DNA of 64,000 bases from Thermoproteota archaeon (GCA_032249235.1 JAVVGF010000002.1:64001-128000), one strand, 5' to 3'; shown: positions 1 to 9,893, counted from the stretch's first letter. Numbers and translations are program-made. Notes: generated by a model not told the origin, from the sequence alone.

Positions 1-324
1 GCAAATATTTTGGGCGTTACACAAGCAGCAATAAGTTATTACCTATCTGATAAAAGAGCTATAATGAAGCAATTCTTTGAAAATGAAGAAATAAAAGAAA
101 TGGTAAATAAGCTGACTGACGATTTTGTAAGTAATAAGATAGGGAAAGATGACTTGGTTATAGGAATAGTTAGAATAGTAAATTACATTACGAAAACAAG
201 AGCTTTATGCTCCATTCATCAATTCTATGAGAAAGATTTGAGAATTAATGAGTGTAATGTTTGTTCAGAAAGATTTTCAGCTACTTCTGATTTGATAAAA
301 ATTCTACGTAGAAATGGAGGGTGA
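1..324 (+). CDS. Predicted HTH transcriptional regulator with C-terminal Cys/His cluster (COG2522-like), 5'-truncated by window edge
   Basis: Frame open from base 1 (ANILGVTQAAISYYLSDKR = HTH recognition helix); C-terminal CxxH...CxxC (LCSIH...ECNVC). Confidence 0.75.
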   Translation, partial: ANILGVTQAAISYYLSDKRAIMKQFFENEEIKEMVNKLTDDFVSNKIGKDDLVIGIVRIVNYITKTRALCSIHQFYEKDLRINECNVCSERFSATSDLIKILRRNGG

Positions 325-448
325 AAAAATTAAATCATTTTGCCCCTATTGCCATAAGGTAACAGAAAAAGAAAAAATTGGAGTAGAAGGTGTTTGGGCA
401 GTTTATAGATGCGTAGTTTGTAAAAATGTAGTTCTCTTACCGCCATAA
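314..448 (+). CDS. Small zinc-ribbon microprotein (44 aa), not in ORF track
   Basis: Hand translation: MEGEKIKSFCPYCHKVTEKEKIGVEGVWAVYRCVVCKNVVLLPP*. Two CxxC pairs; start overlaps the end of the upstream CDS. Confidence 0.7.
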   Translation: MEGEKIKSFCPYCHKVTEKEKIGVEGVWAVYRCVVCKNVVLLPP

Positions 449-467
449 TAAGATTCAATCCATATAG

Positions 468-1596
468 ATGAAAACTATAGAATTCCTCCTATTTTTTTAT
501 AATTCTAACTTTTATTGCAGCACAAGCTACTCTAGCTCAAACTTGCCAAGATCTAATTTTAAACATCGGTAAAATAGTAAAATTAGATAACAAATAAGAT
601 TTGATTTTTTGCAAAATTGAACTAAAAAGCGATTCCAGCTTAATTATTAGATCATCAAGTCTTAGAGTTAATGGAAACATATCATTGTATAATAATGCAA
701 AACTTACAATAATTAATTCTTCAATCATAATATTAGGAAAGTTTACTTCAATAAATGGATATATAAATATCAATGAAACGAATATAAATGACAAAATTTT
801 TTGAAAGGAAAAACAAAATTGCTTGCTAGTAATCTTTATACCAATATCTCGAATATAAATATAGAAGATAGTTCAATAGCTTTATAAGTACCATTCAGGA
901 AGTGAAGTATATAAATAATCTTAATAAAACAACGATTGAAATCTATGGAACTTCTGCTGTGCTAGCCAATTCAAATTTCAACCTAAAAGAATCCGTTCTT
1001 TACTTCATGACTTCAAGCGAATATCCTAAAGCTAAAATAGTGATGAGAAGTTATGAAAACAAAATAGGGATTCTTTCGAACTTCACCTTGAGCAATCTAC
1101 CTTCTTATAAATATATTCATGTTAAAAATTCTAGCAAATGATGGGACTACTGTTTATTCAGTTAAAGATTTAGAAATACATACAAACATACCTCTAAAGA
1201 AACCTCCAAAACCAAACTTATCAATAAACTCAAGTTATTATCCCATTCTTACATGGAACGATCTGAATAATTTAACTATGCCCATTTTAGGTTATTATAT
1301 ATAGAGGAGACTCGCCAAATAACCTCGAAAAAATTGCAACTGTTGATGCAAACCAAACTTCTTTTACAGATATCAACATTTCTTATGGTTCAACTTATTA
1401 TTTTGCTGTATCAGCTTATAATGAAGCAGGAGAAGGCGAAATTTCTAACATAGCAAGTATTACAATATTATATTCTTCAGATATAAAGAGGGAAGAATTT
1501 ATCACAAATACATGGTTGCCTGCAATTGCTATTCTCTCAATATTGATATTCTTAGCTGGCTATTTACTAAAAGTAGTCAAAGAAAAAAGAGCTTAG
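468..1596 (+). pseudogene. Disrupted secreted, membrane-anchored surface protein with fibronectin type III domain
   Basis: Stitching frames gives a signal peptide (MKTIEFLLFF/IILTFIAAQATLAQ), an Asn/Ile/Ser-rich beta region, FN3 motifs (LTWND...GYY/IYRG...SFTD...YYFAVSAYNEAGEG) and a C-terminal TM helix with basic tail (WLPAIAILSILIFLAGYLLKVVKEKRA*). One in-frame TAA (595-597) and about 5 frameshifts. Confidence 0.8.
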
Positions 1597-1937
1597 ACAG
1601 AAAAGGAGGAACCGCAACTACAAGAATATACTGCATTCGGATTATCTATTTTGAAACCTGAAGCCATTAAGGTTTCAACATAATCTACACTTGCACCTTT
1701 TAAGTACTTAGCACTATATTTATCGATTATAATTTTTACGCCTTCAACTTGATATACGTAATCGTCATCCGTTTCAGTATCGAAAGTCATTCCATAAGAG
1801 AAGCCTGCACAGCCTCCACTTGCAATATATATTCTTAAACCTAGGTTTGGATCATTTTCCTCTTTTAAAAACTCCTTTACCTTATCGATTGCTTTCTTTG
1901 TAAACGTAACAATTGGTTCTTGGATTTCTACTGCCAT
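1593..1937 (-). CDS. HesB/IscA-family A-type Fe-S cluster carrier
   Basis: GGCAGFSY and C-terminal CSCGSSF motifs. Confidence 0.95.
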   Translation of the reverse strand: MAVEIQEPIVTFTKKAIDKVKEFLKEENDPNLGLRIYIASGGCAGFSYGMTFDTETDDDYVYQVEGVKIIIDKYSAKYLKGASVDYVETLMASGFKIDNPNAVYSCSCGSSFSV

Positions 1938-1975
1938 TGCTTATAGAGTAATTAAAGAGTTATTTATATTTTTCT

Positions 1976-3115
1976 TTAGATGACCTCTTTACCTACATAT
2001 ACCCTGTTTTTCCAAATTATTCCTCTCTTAAATCTATAATAAGAATAAATTATAATGAATAGGATAAACGTTATAGGTAAAAAATAAATTAAACTATAAA
2101 TTGGATTAACATCAAGTTTATAATACATAACACCAAACCTAAATAAATAAAAAATATATAGAATTTCTGAAAAAGGAAAATAAAGCATTTTTTGATAAGT
2201 AAATAGATTATAAATATCGCTCATTAACATCACAAATGGAAATAAATATATCACAATCAATGCAAAAATAGCTAATAACATATATAAAATGTTAGCTTTC
2301 AATCCAATATAAAAATTCTTACCCCAACCTTCTAAGAGTTCACCAAATGAATCATACATTCTAACGCTAAATAAATTTAATGAATTATATAATCTCGTTT
2401 CATATCCTTCCTTTTTTAAAATTTTTGCCATATTAAAATCTTCTATTATCTTATTTTTTACAGCTAGATGACCACCTATTTTTTCATAAACATCTCTTTT
2501 AAATAACATATATTGTCCATTTCCAAATATTCCATATTTACTTTTTTTATTGAAATAAGGAGCTAAGTTTATAACAAAAATAAATTGTCCTATAATTGGT
2601 AATAACATCTTAATAAATTTACTCTTCATATATAAAGACGGTATTAAAGTTATAAAATCAAGTTTTTCTTCTTTCATTTTAGTTATTGCTGTTCTAAGCA
2701 AAGTTTTATCATGAATGGTATCTGCGTCTGTGAAAAGCAAATACTCGCCATTAGAGTATTTATAACCTATATAACATGCCCAGTTTTTACCAACCCATCC
2801 ATCTGGTAAAGGAGGCTCTTGGATTATTTTTAATTTGTCTTTGTATTCTTTTAGAATATCTCCTGTTCCATCATTCGATTCTCCATAAACAACTATTATT
2901 TCTTTGTTCTTATAATCTAAATTTATAATAGAATCTAATGACTCTTTAAGTTTGTTTGCCTCATTTTTTACAGGTATAATTATAGATACAAGTGGTTCAT
3001 CATCTAATTTAGAGTTTACTTTTAAAGAAGGTAATATCTTAAATAAATATAGTTGTGCAAGATTTATTAAAATCAAAATTATAGTATAGATAATTAATAA
3101 TATTTCTAAAATCAT
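1976..3115 (-). CDS. Membrane-bound GT2 glycosyltransferase (CrtQ/HpnB-like)
   Basis: IIPVKNE, LPDGWVGKNWAC, FTDAD, GNGQYML, IIED, VRMY motifs; N- and C-terminal TM helices. Confidence 0.85.
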   Translation of the reverse strand: MILEILLIIYTIILILINLAQLYLFKILPSLKVNSKLDDEPLVSIIIPVKNEANKLKESLDSIINLDYKNKEIIVVYGESNDGTGDILKEYKDKLKIIQEPPLPDGWVGKNWACYIGYKYSNGEYLLFTDADTIHDKTLLRTAITKMKEEKLDFITLIPSLYMKSKFIKMLLPIIGQFIFVINLAPYFNKKSKYGIFGNGQYMLFKRDVYEKIGGHLAVKNKIIEDFNMAKILKKEGYETRLYNSLNLFSVRMYDSFGELLEGWGKNFYIGLKANILYMLLAIFALIVIYLFPFVMLMSDIYNLFTYQKMLYFPFSEILYIFYLFRFGVMYYKLDVNPIYSLIYFLPITFILFIIIYSYYRFKRGIIWKNRVYVGKEVI

Positions 3116-3119
3116 TCAT

Positions 3120-4178
3120 TTAGCTAAAAAATACTGGCAAGAAGCGCATTTTAGTGACGTTTTTACTAAGCTTGCCTACGATGGGTATTTTGTAACCACA
3201 GAATTTACATCTGTTTTGATCATCTAAATTCCAAGCTAATATATCATATGAATAGCGCTTTATAACTACTTTTCCACAGCCTGGACAATAGGTATTCTCG
3301 TAAGGATGTCCAGGAACGTTACCAATGTATACATACCTCATACCTTCTTGCTTAGCTACTTCATAATGTTTCTCTAATGTTTCAATAGGCGTATACGGCA
3401 AGTGCATTAACTTGTAATCAGGATGAAATCTCAAGAAATGTATAGGAGTATCTGGACCAAGATTATCATAAATCCACCTTACAAGCTTTCTTGCCGCTTC
3501 TAAATCATCACCTATTTCAGGAATTACAAGATCAGTTATTTCAATATGTATGTTTGTTTTTTTCAGTTCTAGTAATGATTCAAATATAGGTTCAGGACCA
3601 GGGACTATTATATATTTTTGCATGAATTTCTTTTCACCATTACCTTTGAAATCAACGGTTATTGCATCAAGAAAGTTTCTCAACATCGATATAGCTTCAG
3701 GAGTTAAATATCCATTTGATACAAAAGTATTGAATAAACCATGCTTTCTTGCTAAAACTCCTACATCATGAGCAAATTCTATAAAAATTGTTGGCTCATT
3801 GTATGTATAAGTCACACCGTCGCATTTTGTTTTCAAAGCCATCTCAACAACTTCTTCAGGCGTAACATCTACTCCTTCAACTTTTCTCCTTTGGCTAATA
3901 TCAAAATTTTGACAATATTGACACATCCAATTACAACCTGTTGTTGCTATAGATAAAACTTTTGAACCAGGATAGAAATGAACCAAAGGTTTCTTTTCTA
4001 TAGGATCAATATGACTAGCGATTATTTTGCCATATACCATGAGATATAATTTACCATCTATATTTTGCCTAATGCCGCATAAGCCTATCAAACCTTTAGG
4101 AATGTTACAATATCTAGCACATGCAGTGCATCTTACACGATCGTTTGGTAATTTTTCATATAGGACAGCTTCTTTCAT
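3120..4178 (-). CDS. amrS: AmmeMemoRadiSam system radical SAM enzyme
   Basis: N-terminal CxxCxxx[22 protein letters not shown] radical-SAM motif, YTYNEP, YIGNVPG, C-terminal CPGC/CKFC. Confidence 0.92.
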   Translation of the reverse strand: MKEAVLYEKLPNDRVRCTACARYCNIPKGLIGLCGIRQNIDGKLYLMVYGKIIASHIDPIEKKPLVHFYPGSKVLSIATTGCNWMCQYCQNFDISQRRKVEGVDVTPEEVVEMALKTKCDGVTYTYNEPTIFIEFAHDVGVLARKHGLFNTFVSNGYLTPEAISMLRNFLDAITVDFKGNGEKKFMQKYIIVPGPEPIFESLLELKKTNIHIEITDLVIPEIGDDLEAARKLVRWIYDNLGPDTPIHFLRFHPDYKLMHLPYTPIETLEKHYEVAKQEGMRYVYIGNVPGHPYENTYCPGCGKVVIKRYSYDILAWNLDDQNRCKFCGYKIPIVGKLSKNVTKMRFLPVFFS

Positions 4179-4230
4179 TCCCCAACTTATATTGATTCAA
4201 CGTTTATATTAACGTTATTTTATATTAAAC

Positions 4231-4236
4231 TTTAAA
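4231..4236 (+). promoter_or_regulatory. TATA box (TTTAAA) about 23 bp upstream of thrS ATG; probable leaderless transcript
   Basis: AAAC-TTTAAA at canonical archaeal spacing; no Shine-Dalgarno before the ATG at 4259. Confidence 0.5.
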
Positions 4237-4258
4237 TCTTCATACTTATTCTATTTAT

Positions 4259-5449
4259 ATGCCAAAAACTCACTTAGAGATAGGTCAGGAATTAGATATC
4301 TTCACTATAACCGAAGAAGGAGGCTCAGGACTTCCTCTTTTCAAACCAAAAGGTTTCATTCTAAGAGAGGAATTGATAAAATTAATGCGAGAAATTAACT
4401 CGAAATTAGGTTATCAAGAAGTTTGGACTCCTCATTTATTCAAGTTAGATTTATGGAAGATTTCAGGCCATTTGAGGAAGTATAAAGATAGAATGTTCAT
4501 CTTGAGGACAAAAGATGAAAGATATGCCGTTAAACCAATGAATTGTCCAGGACATTGTTTGTTGTACAAAAGCGAGGTAAGAAGCTATAGAGATTTACCA
4601 GTTAGATATTCTGAATTTGGAACTGTTTATAGAAACGAACAATCTGGAGAACTTGTAGGCTTATTAAGAGTTAGAGCGATAACGCAAGATGATGGACATG
4701 CTTTCATAAGAGAGGATCAAATTGAAGAGGAGGTAAATGCGATAATAAAAAGCGCATTAGAAGTATTGTCCATCTTCGAAATGAAAGATTTTAAGATAAA
4801 ACTTTCTACAAGGCCTGATCAATATATTGGTAGCATAAAACTTTGGGATAAGGCTACTAAAGCGTTGAAAAATTGTTTAGATAAGAACAAGTTAGATTAT
4901 GAAGTAAAAGAAAAAGAAGGAGCATTCTATGGACCTAAAATAGATATTGATGCAAAGGATTCGTTAGGAAGATATTGGCAATGCACCACTATTCAACTCG
5001 ACTTCAATTTACCAAGAAGATTCAAGCTAACTTATATAAATAAGGAAGGAAAACCAGAAATACCTGTAATGATACATAGAGCCATATTAGGTTCTCTTGA
5101 AAGATTCATCGGCGTTCTTCTTGAACATTATCAAGGTAAATTACCATTTTGGTGCTCGCCAGAGCAAATAAGGATTCTTCCTATATCTGAGAAATTTTTA
5201 GATTATGCAAGAAGTGTAAAAGAAAAACTATCAAACTTTAGAGTAGAGATTGACGATAGCAATAATACTTTAGAGAAAAAGATTTTCAATGCTATAAAAA
5301 TGAAAGTGCCTTACATGATAATATTAGGCAAAAAAGAATTGGAAAACAACACGATCACCGTAAGAGATAGAGAAGGAAAACAACTCAGCGATATTAAACT
5401 TGAAGAATTCATTGATATAATTAAGGAAAAAGTTATTTTCAGGAAATAG
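4259..5449 (+). CDS. thrS: Threonine--tRNA ligase, catalytic and anticodon-binding domains only
   Basis: WKISGH, KPMNCPGH, YRNEQSG, RVRAITQDDGH, GAFYGPKID, QLDFNLP, MIHRAILGSLERF; no N-terminal editing domain. Confidence 0.95.
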   Translation: MPKTHLEIGQELDIFTITEEGGSGLPLFKPKGFILREELIKLMREINSKLGYQEVWTPHLFKLDLWKISGHLRKYKDRMFILRTKDERYAVKPMNCPGHCLLYKSEVRSYRDLPVRYSEFGTVYRNEQSGELVGLLRVRAITQDDGHAFIREDQIEEEVNAIIKSALEVLSIFEMKDFKIKLSTRPDQYIGSIKLWDKATKALKNCLDKNKLDYEVKEKEGAFYGPKIDIDAKDSLGRYWQCTTIQLDFNLPRRFKLTYINKEGKPEIPVMIHRAILGSLERFIGVLLEHYQGKLPFWCSPEQIRILPISEKFLDYARSVKEKLSNFRVEIDDSNNTLEKKIFNAIKMKVPYMIILGKKELENNTITVRDREGKQLSDIKLEEFIDIIKEKVIFRK

Positions 5450-5479
5450 TTTTTAACGTAAGTTTCTAATTATAGACAA

Positions 5480-6628
5480 ATGAAAGATGTAGCGATTATA
5501 GGCATAGGTTATTACGGTTTTGCTCCAACGACCAATGAAGTATCATTTAGAGAAGGTAGCTTCATAGCAGCAAGCAGAGCTTATAGCGAATGTAATGTAG
5601 ATCCCAGAAAAGATGTAGATAGCTTCATAGCCTGTGAAGAAGATTATAACGAAGGAATAGCTATAAGCAACGAATTTAGCGTTGATCAGTTAGGAGCAGT
5701 ATTGAAGCCTGTTTCAACTGTCACTAGTGAAAGTTTAATTGCATTAGCTAGCGGATATCTTCAAATAAAATCAGGTCTTTGTGATATAGTCGTTGTAGAA
5801 AGTCATTCAAAGGCTAGCAATATAAGCAGTTATGAGAAAATTTTAGAATTATCCTTAGATCCAATATATGAAAGATTCTTGAACGTTCATCCATATTATC
5901 TTGCATCACTAGAAGCTAGGTATTACATGGAAAAAAGAGGGTTAAGATACGAAGATTTAGCTCTCGTAATTAAAAAGAATAAAGAAAATGGCTTGAACAA
6001 TCCAAGAGGAAGTTATAGTTCAAAAGTTGATATAGAAGCAATATCCAAGAGCAATAAAATATTTGATCCTTTATCAATTCACGATATTGCACCGCTTACT
6101 GATGCGTTCTTAGTTGTAGTATTAGCTTCAAGAGAAAAGGCTGAAGAACTTAGCAAGAGGCCGATTTGGATTGAAGGAATTTATTGGTGTACAGAAAGTG
6201 TTTGGTATACTTTGAGAAGTTTAGATTCCTTGAAGGCTTTGGAAAAGGCAGCAGAAAGACTTTATGAAAAAACAGGAATAAATCCTAAACAAATTGATTT
6301 TGCAGAAATAGATGACAGGTTCAGTTATAGAGAATTAATGCATTTAGAAGCACTTAAAATTTCGAACAAGTATGAATTAGTCAAAGATTTGAGACAAGGT
6401 AGATTCAATATAAATGGAGATTTACCTATTAATCCTAGTGGCGGATATCTCTCTACAGGCGTACCATTAGATGCAGGAGGGCTTGCGAAGGTTTATGAAG
6501 CAGTCCTTCAACTAAGAAATGAAGCTGGAAAGAATCAGTTAAAAGATGCTAAAAGAGCTTTAATAATGAGTTGGAGAGGCATAACTACATCTACATATGG
6601 CGTTTGTATATTAAGTAATAGTGGTTAG
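5480..6628 (+). CDS. Thiolase-fold (SCP2-thiolase-like) protein, catalytic residues degenerate
   Basis: VAIIGIG, N..NP, AEIDDRF, LPINPSGG; canonical catalytic Cys and GHP motif absent. Confidence 0.85.
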   Translation: MKDVAIIGIGYYGFAPTTNEVSFREGSFIAASRAYSECNVDPRKDVDSFIACEEDYNEGIAISNEFSVDQLGAVLKPVSTVTSESLIALASGYLQIKSGLCDIVVVESHSKASNISSYEKILELSLDPIYERFLNVHPYYLASLEARYYMEKRGLRYEDLALVIKKNKENGLNNPRGSYSSKVDIEAISKSNKIFDPLSIHDIAPLTDAFLVVVLASREKAEELSKRPIWIEGIYWCTESVWYTLRSLDSLKALEKAAERLYEKTGINPKQIDFAEIDDRFSYRELMHLEALKISNKYELVKDLRQGRFNINGDLPINPSGGYLSTGVPLDAGGLAKVYEAVLQLRNEAGKNQLKDAKRALIMSWRGITTSTYGVCILSNSG

Positions 6629-6630
6629 GC

Positions 6631-7812
6631 ATGAAGACAAATATTAACATAAAGAATAGAGTGGCGATAGTAGGAGCTGGTATGACGCTATTCAGAAGAA
6701 GATTAAAAGAAACACCTCAAGAATTAGCTTTTGAAGCAAGTAAAGCAGCATTAGATTCAGCAGGATTAGAAGCAAAAGATATTGAAGCGGTAGTTGTAGG
6801 CTCAGCGCCTGATGCCTTCGATGGTTTTCACATGAAAGGAGAACACTTAAGTGATGGTTCTTTAGCTTATTTGAAACCTTTTAAACGTGTATTTGTAGGC
6901 GGAGCTACTGGTGTATTTACTGCAATTGCTGCATGGTGGCATGTAGCTTCCGGATTGTTCGATGTTGTCCTTGCAGTAGCGGAAGAAAAGATGAGTGATG
7001 CAAGACCTCATCCGCAAGCCATGTTCAAATACATATGGGATCCAATCATAGAAAGACCATTAAATCCAAACTTAATTTGGATTTTTGCAATGGAGATGCA
7101 CAGATATATGTATAAATATAATATCAAGAAAGAAGACATTGCACTTGTAGCTGTTAAAAATAAAAGGAATGCTTTAGATCATCCTGCTGCTCAAGCGGCA
7201 GCAAATATAACTGTTGAAGATGTTTTGAAAAGTGAAGTATTAGTTTGGCCTGTGCAAAAACTTGATATAAGCCCTGTTTCAGATGGAGCGGCTGCAATAG
7301 TATTAGCAAGTGAAAGAGTTGCTAAAAAAATTACTGATTCACCGGTATGGATAGAAGGTGTTGGATGGAATTTAGATTCAACACATTGGACTTCAAGAGA
7401 ACTAGCCTATCCTAGATATTTGGAAGAAGCAGGAAAAATGGCATATAAGTTAGCTGGCATAGATAATCCTAGAAAGCAGTTAGACTTCGCTGAAGTTTAT
7501 GACCCATTCGATTATAAAGAATTACATCATATGGAAGGTTTGCAATTAGCTGAAAAAGGTCAAGCGCCAATATTGACTAGAGAAGGAGTTACACAAAGAG
7601 ATGGAGATTTACCTATATGTCCAAGCGGAGGTCTATTAGGCGTAGGAAATCCTATAGCTGCAGCAGGTATGATGAAAGTTTGCGAATTATTCTGGCAACT
7701 TAGATATGAAGCAGGTAAAAGACAAGTTAGAATAAGAAGAGGATATGGCTTGGCCCAAGCCTGGGGTGACTTGATGCAGGTTAGCACTGTTATTATAGCA
7801 AAGAGTGGTTGA
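6631..7812 (+). CDS. Thiolase-fold (SCP2-thiolase-like) protein
   Basis: VAIVGAG, AEEKMS, SPVSDGAAA, AEVYDPF, PSGGLLGVGNPIAAAG. Confidence 0.9.
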   Translation: MKTNINIKNRVAIVGAGMTLFRRRLKETPQELAFEASKAALDSAGLEAKDIEAVVVGSAPDAFDGFHMKGEHLSDGSLAYLKPFKRVFVGGATGVFTAIAAWWHVASGLFDVVLAVAEEKMSDARPHPQAMFKYIWDPIIERPLNPNLIWIFAMEMHRYMYKYNIKKEDIALVAVKNKRNALDHPAAQAAANITVEDVLKSEVLVWPVQKLDISPVSDGAAAIVLASERVAKKITDSPVWIEGVGWNLDSTHWTSRELAYPRYLEEAGKMAYKLAGIDNPRKQLDFAEVYDPFDYKELHHMEGLQLAEKGQAPILTREGVTQRDGDLPICPSGGLLGVGNPIAAAGMMKVCELFWQLRYEAGKRQVRIRRGYGLAQAWGDLMQVSTVIIAKSG

Positions 7813-8314
7813 AATGCAGAAGGTTTATAATAGTAAGGCTGTTGGTATAGAAGAAGAAAAGCGAATACTTTCAATATATTATAAGCCATACGTTCGCTAT
7901 GAATTTTCTGCAGGTCAAGCACTGAGCAGGTTCCTTCTGGAACTTAAAAATGGAAAGATTATAGGAAGGAAATGTAATAAATGTAACAGGATTCTCGTTC
8001 CACCAAGAATGTATTGTGAGCAATGCTTTAGATTCACGGATGAATGGGTATATGTGAGAGATGAAGGATTTGTTGTAACTGCAGTGGTTAGTTACATAAC
8101 TTACGATGCAAGAAAAGCAGAGAAACCTGAAGTTGTAGGTGTAATAGAACTTCTTGACGCACCAGGGCAAGGAATATTCCATAGAATAAACGTTGACCAA
8201 CAGGAAGTAATTAATAGGGAAATATTCGGAAAAAGAGTTAAAGCGGTATGGAAAGACGAAAAAGAAAGAAAAGGAGATATTAACGATATATTATATTTTG
8301 AACCTATTAAATAA
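7805..8314 (+). CDS. DUF35 Zn-ribbon/OB-fold protein
   Basis: GRKCNKC...PPRMYCEQC plus OB-fold (VKAVW..ERKG.I.DI.YFEP). Confidence 0.92.
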   Translation: MVEMQKVYNSKAVGIEEEKRILSIYYKPYVRYEFSAGQALSRFLLELKNGKIIGRKCNKCNRILVPPRMYCEQCFRFTDEWVYVRDEGFVVTAVVSYITYDARKAEKPEVVGVIELLDAPGQGIFHRINVDQQEVINREIFGKRVKAVWKDEKERKGDINDILYFEPIK

Positions 8315-8317
8315 GAC

Positions 8318-8785
8318 ATGGAAAACAGAATAGAGAAACTTTTAAACTATCCAGGTGATATGGAAGCGGAAGCATATGTTTACACTGCAGGCGAGCTAGG
8401 CGAGAAATTTTTAATGAGTTTGAGAGATGAAGGAAAAATTAAAGCGGCTTTTTGTAGCTATTGCGAGAAATTATTCTTACCAGTACGATCTTTCTGTATT
8501 TTTTGCGGTAAAGAAGTAAATATTTTGAGAGATATTGAACAAGAAGGATACATAGAATCGTTCACAAAAGTTAAATTAGATAGCTCAGGTAATGAGATTA
8601 AAGAACCTTTCTATTTAGCTTATATAAAATTTAAGGGGGTGGAGGGCGGCTTATTACATAAATTAGGAGAAGTAAAAGAAGAATTGAAGATTGGCATGAA
8701 AGTGATTCCAGTTTTTAAAGAAAAATCACAAAGAAGAGGTAGTTTAGAAGATATAGCTTATTTTAAACCAATCAGTAACTCTTAA
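8318..8785 (+). CDS. DUF35 Zn-ribbon/OB-fold protein
   Basis: CSYC...P.RSFCIFC, G.IESFT, IGMKV.PVF, RRGSLEDI.YFKP. Confidence 0.92.
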   Translation: MENRIEKLLNYPGDMEAEAYVYTAGELGEKFLMSLRDEGKIKAAFCSYCEKLFLPVRSFCIFCGKEVNILRDIEQEGYIESFTKVKLDSSGNEIKEPFYLAYIKFKGVEGGLLHKLGEVKEELKIGMKVIPVFKEKSQRRGSLEDIAYFKPISNS

Positions 8786-9893
8786 ACTGTTCGTACCATA
8801 ATTCATATTTTTTGATCATTTCTACTGTAATTGATGGCTTTCGTCTATTTATGGCATTCAAGAAATCTTCAGTAGTAGGTTGCCTAAGTTTCGAATGAAT
8901 GCCTTTTTGTTCAAAAACTTCTCTTACAAGCATGTTCTGCACATTTACGCATATATCTTTAATATCGTTAGCGCTATATCCTTCAGTCATACTTGCCAGT
9001 TTTTCATAATCCAAGTTTAGCGGATTTAAAGGTTTGGCATAGAATTTGAATAATTCTATGCGAGTTTTATAATCAGGAGGAGGAACATACAATCTTAATT
9101 GAAATCTCCTTATGAAGGCATAATCCAAAAGCCAAGGTTTGTTTGTGGCTGCTATCAAATAAATTCTTCTTCGGACATTTTTTTCCATTAATCCGTCCAT
9201 TTCTTTAAGGAATTGATTTCTAAGCCTTATTTCTCCACCTACTTCATAATTTGAGATCCCAAATACCGAATCGGCTTCATCTATAAATATTATCACTACT
9301 TTGTTTTCGCTTTCGTATTTCCTAGCCATATTGAACAATCTCGCCACATTTTTCTCAGATTCTCCTAGCCATTTGGAAAATAATGAAGCAGAGTCTACAT
9401 TGAAGAATACAGATTTTATCTCATTAGCAATAGCTGCACATAATAGCGTTTTTCCGCATCCTGGAGGACCATAAAGCAATATATTTCTAGGCCAACCTAG
9501 AGGAAACAAATCTGGTCTTTTTGAAGGATATATTATTGCCTCCATGAGCGCTCTTTTAGTTTCTTCTAAACCTATTACGTCTTCCCACTTAACATTGGGT
9601 GCTTCTGTTAAAATTAAATTATATAAAGAATCAGATACAGAATATTCAGCATTCCCTTCTAAAAGTTGCGTAAGTTCATTTATTTTAGCTTGGCATCGTG
9701 CAATTCTATCAAGATAAAGACTATTAAGTCTATAATTGGGATCTAGTTCAATTAGCTTCGATAGGCAGTTTATTGCGTCTTGGTATTTCTCTATTGCTTT
9801 TCGGTAATTTCCATTCCTTTCATAATTTATTGCTTCATTAATTAATTTCGCTGCTTCATTTTGGAGATAAGCTGCTGTTGAATTGAAAGACAT
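8772..9893 (-). CDS. cdvC: Cell division AAA+ ATPase CdvC (Vps4 homologue)
   Basis: N-terminal MIT domain, GPPGCGKT, SKWLGESEK, IIFIDEAD, ATNKPW, IRRF; adjacent to cdvB. Confidence 0.95.
   Translation of the reverse strand: MSFNSTAAYLQNEAAKLINEAINYERNGNYRKAIEKYQDAINCLSKLIELDPNYRLNSLYLDRIARCQAKINELTQLLEGNAEYSVSDSLYNLILTEAPNVKWEDVIGLEETKRALMEAIIYPSKRPDLFPLGWPRNILLYGPPGCGKTLLCAAIANEIKSVFFNVDSASLFSKWLGESEKNVARLFNMARKYESENKVVIIFIDEADSVFGISNYEVGGEIRLRNQFLKEMDGLMEKNVRRRIYLIAATNKPWLLDYAFIRRFQLRLYVPPPDYKTRIELFKFYAKPLNPLNLDYEKLASMTEGYSANDIKDICVNVQNMLVREVFEQKGIHSKLRQPTTEDFLNAINRRKPSITVEMIKKYELWYEQFKSY

Noticed and set aside
537-1304. ORF-track entries 601-804, 902-1141, 1119-1304 (+) and 537-794 (-) as separate genes
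   Set aside because: The plus-strand ORFs are consecutive fragments of one disrupted FN3 surface-protein gene; the minus ORF is its antisense shadow.
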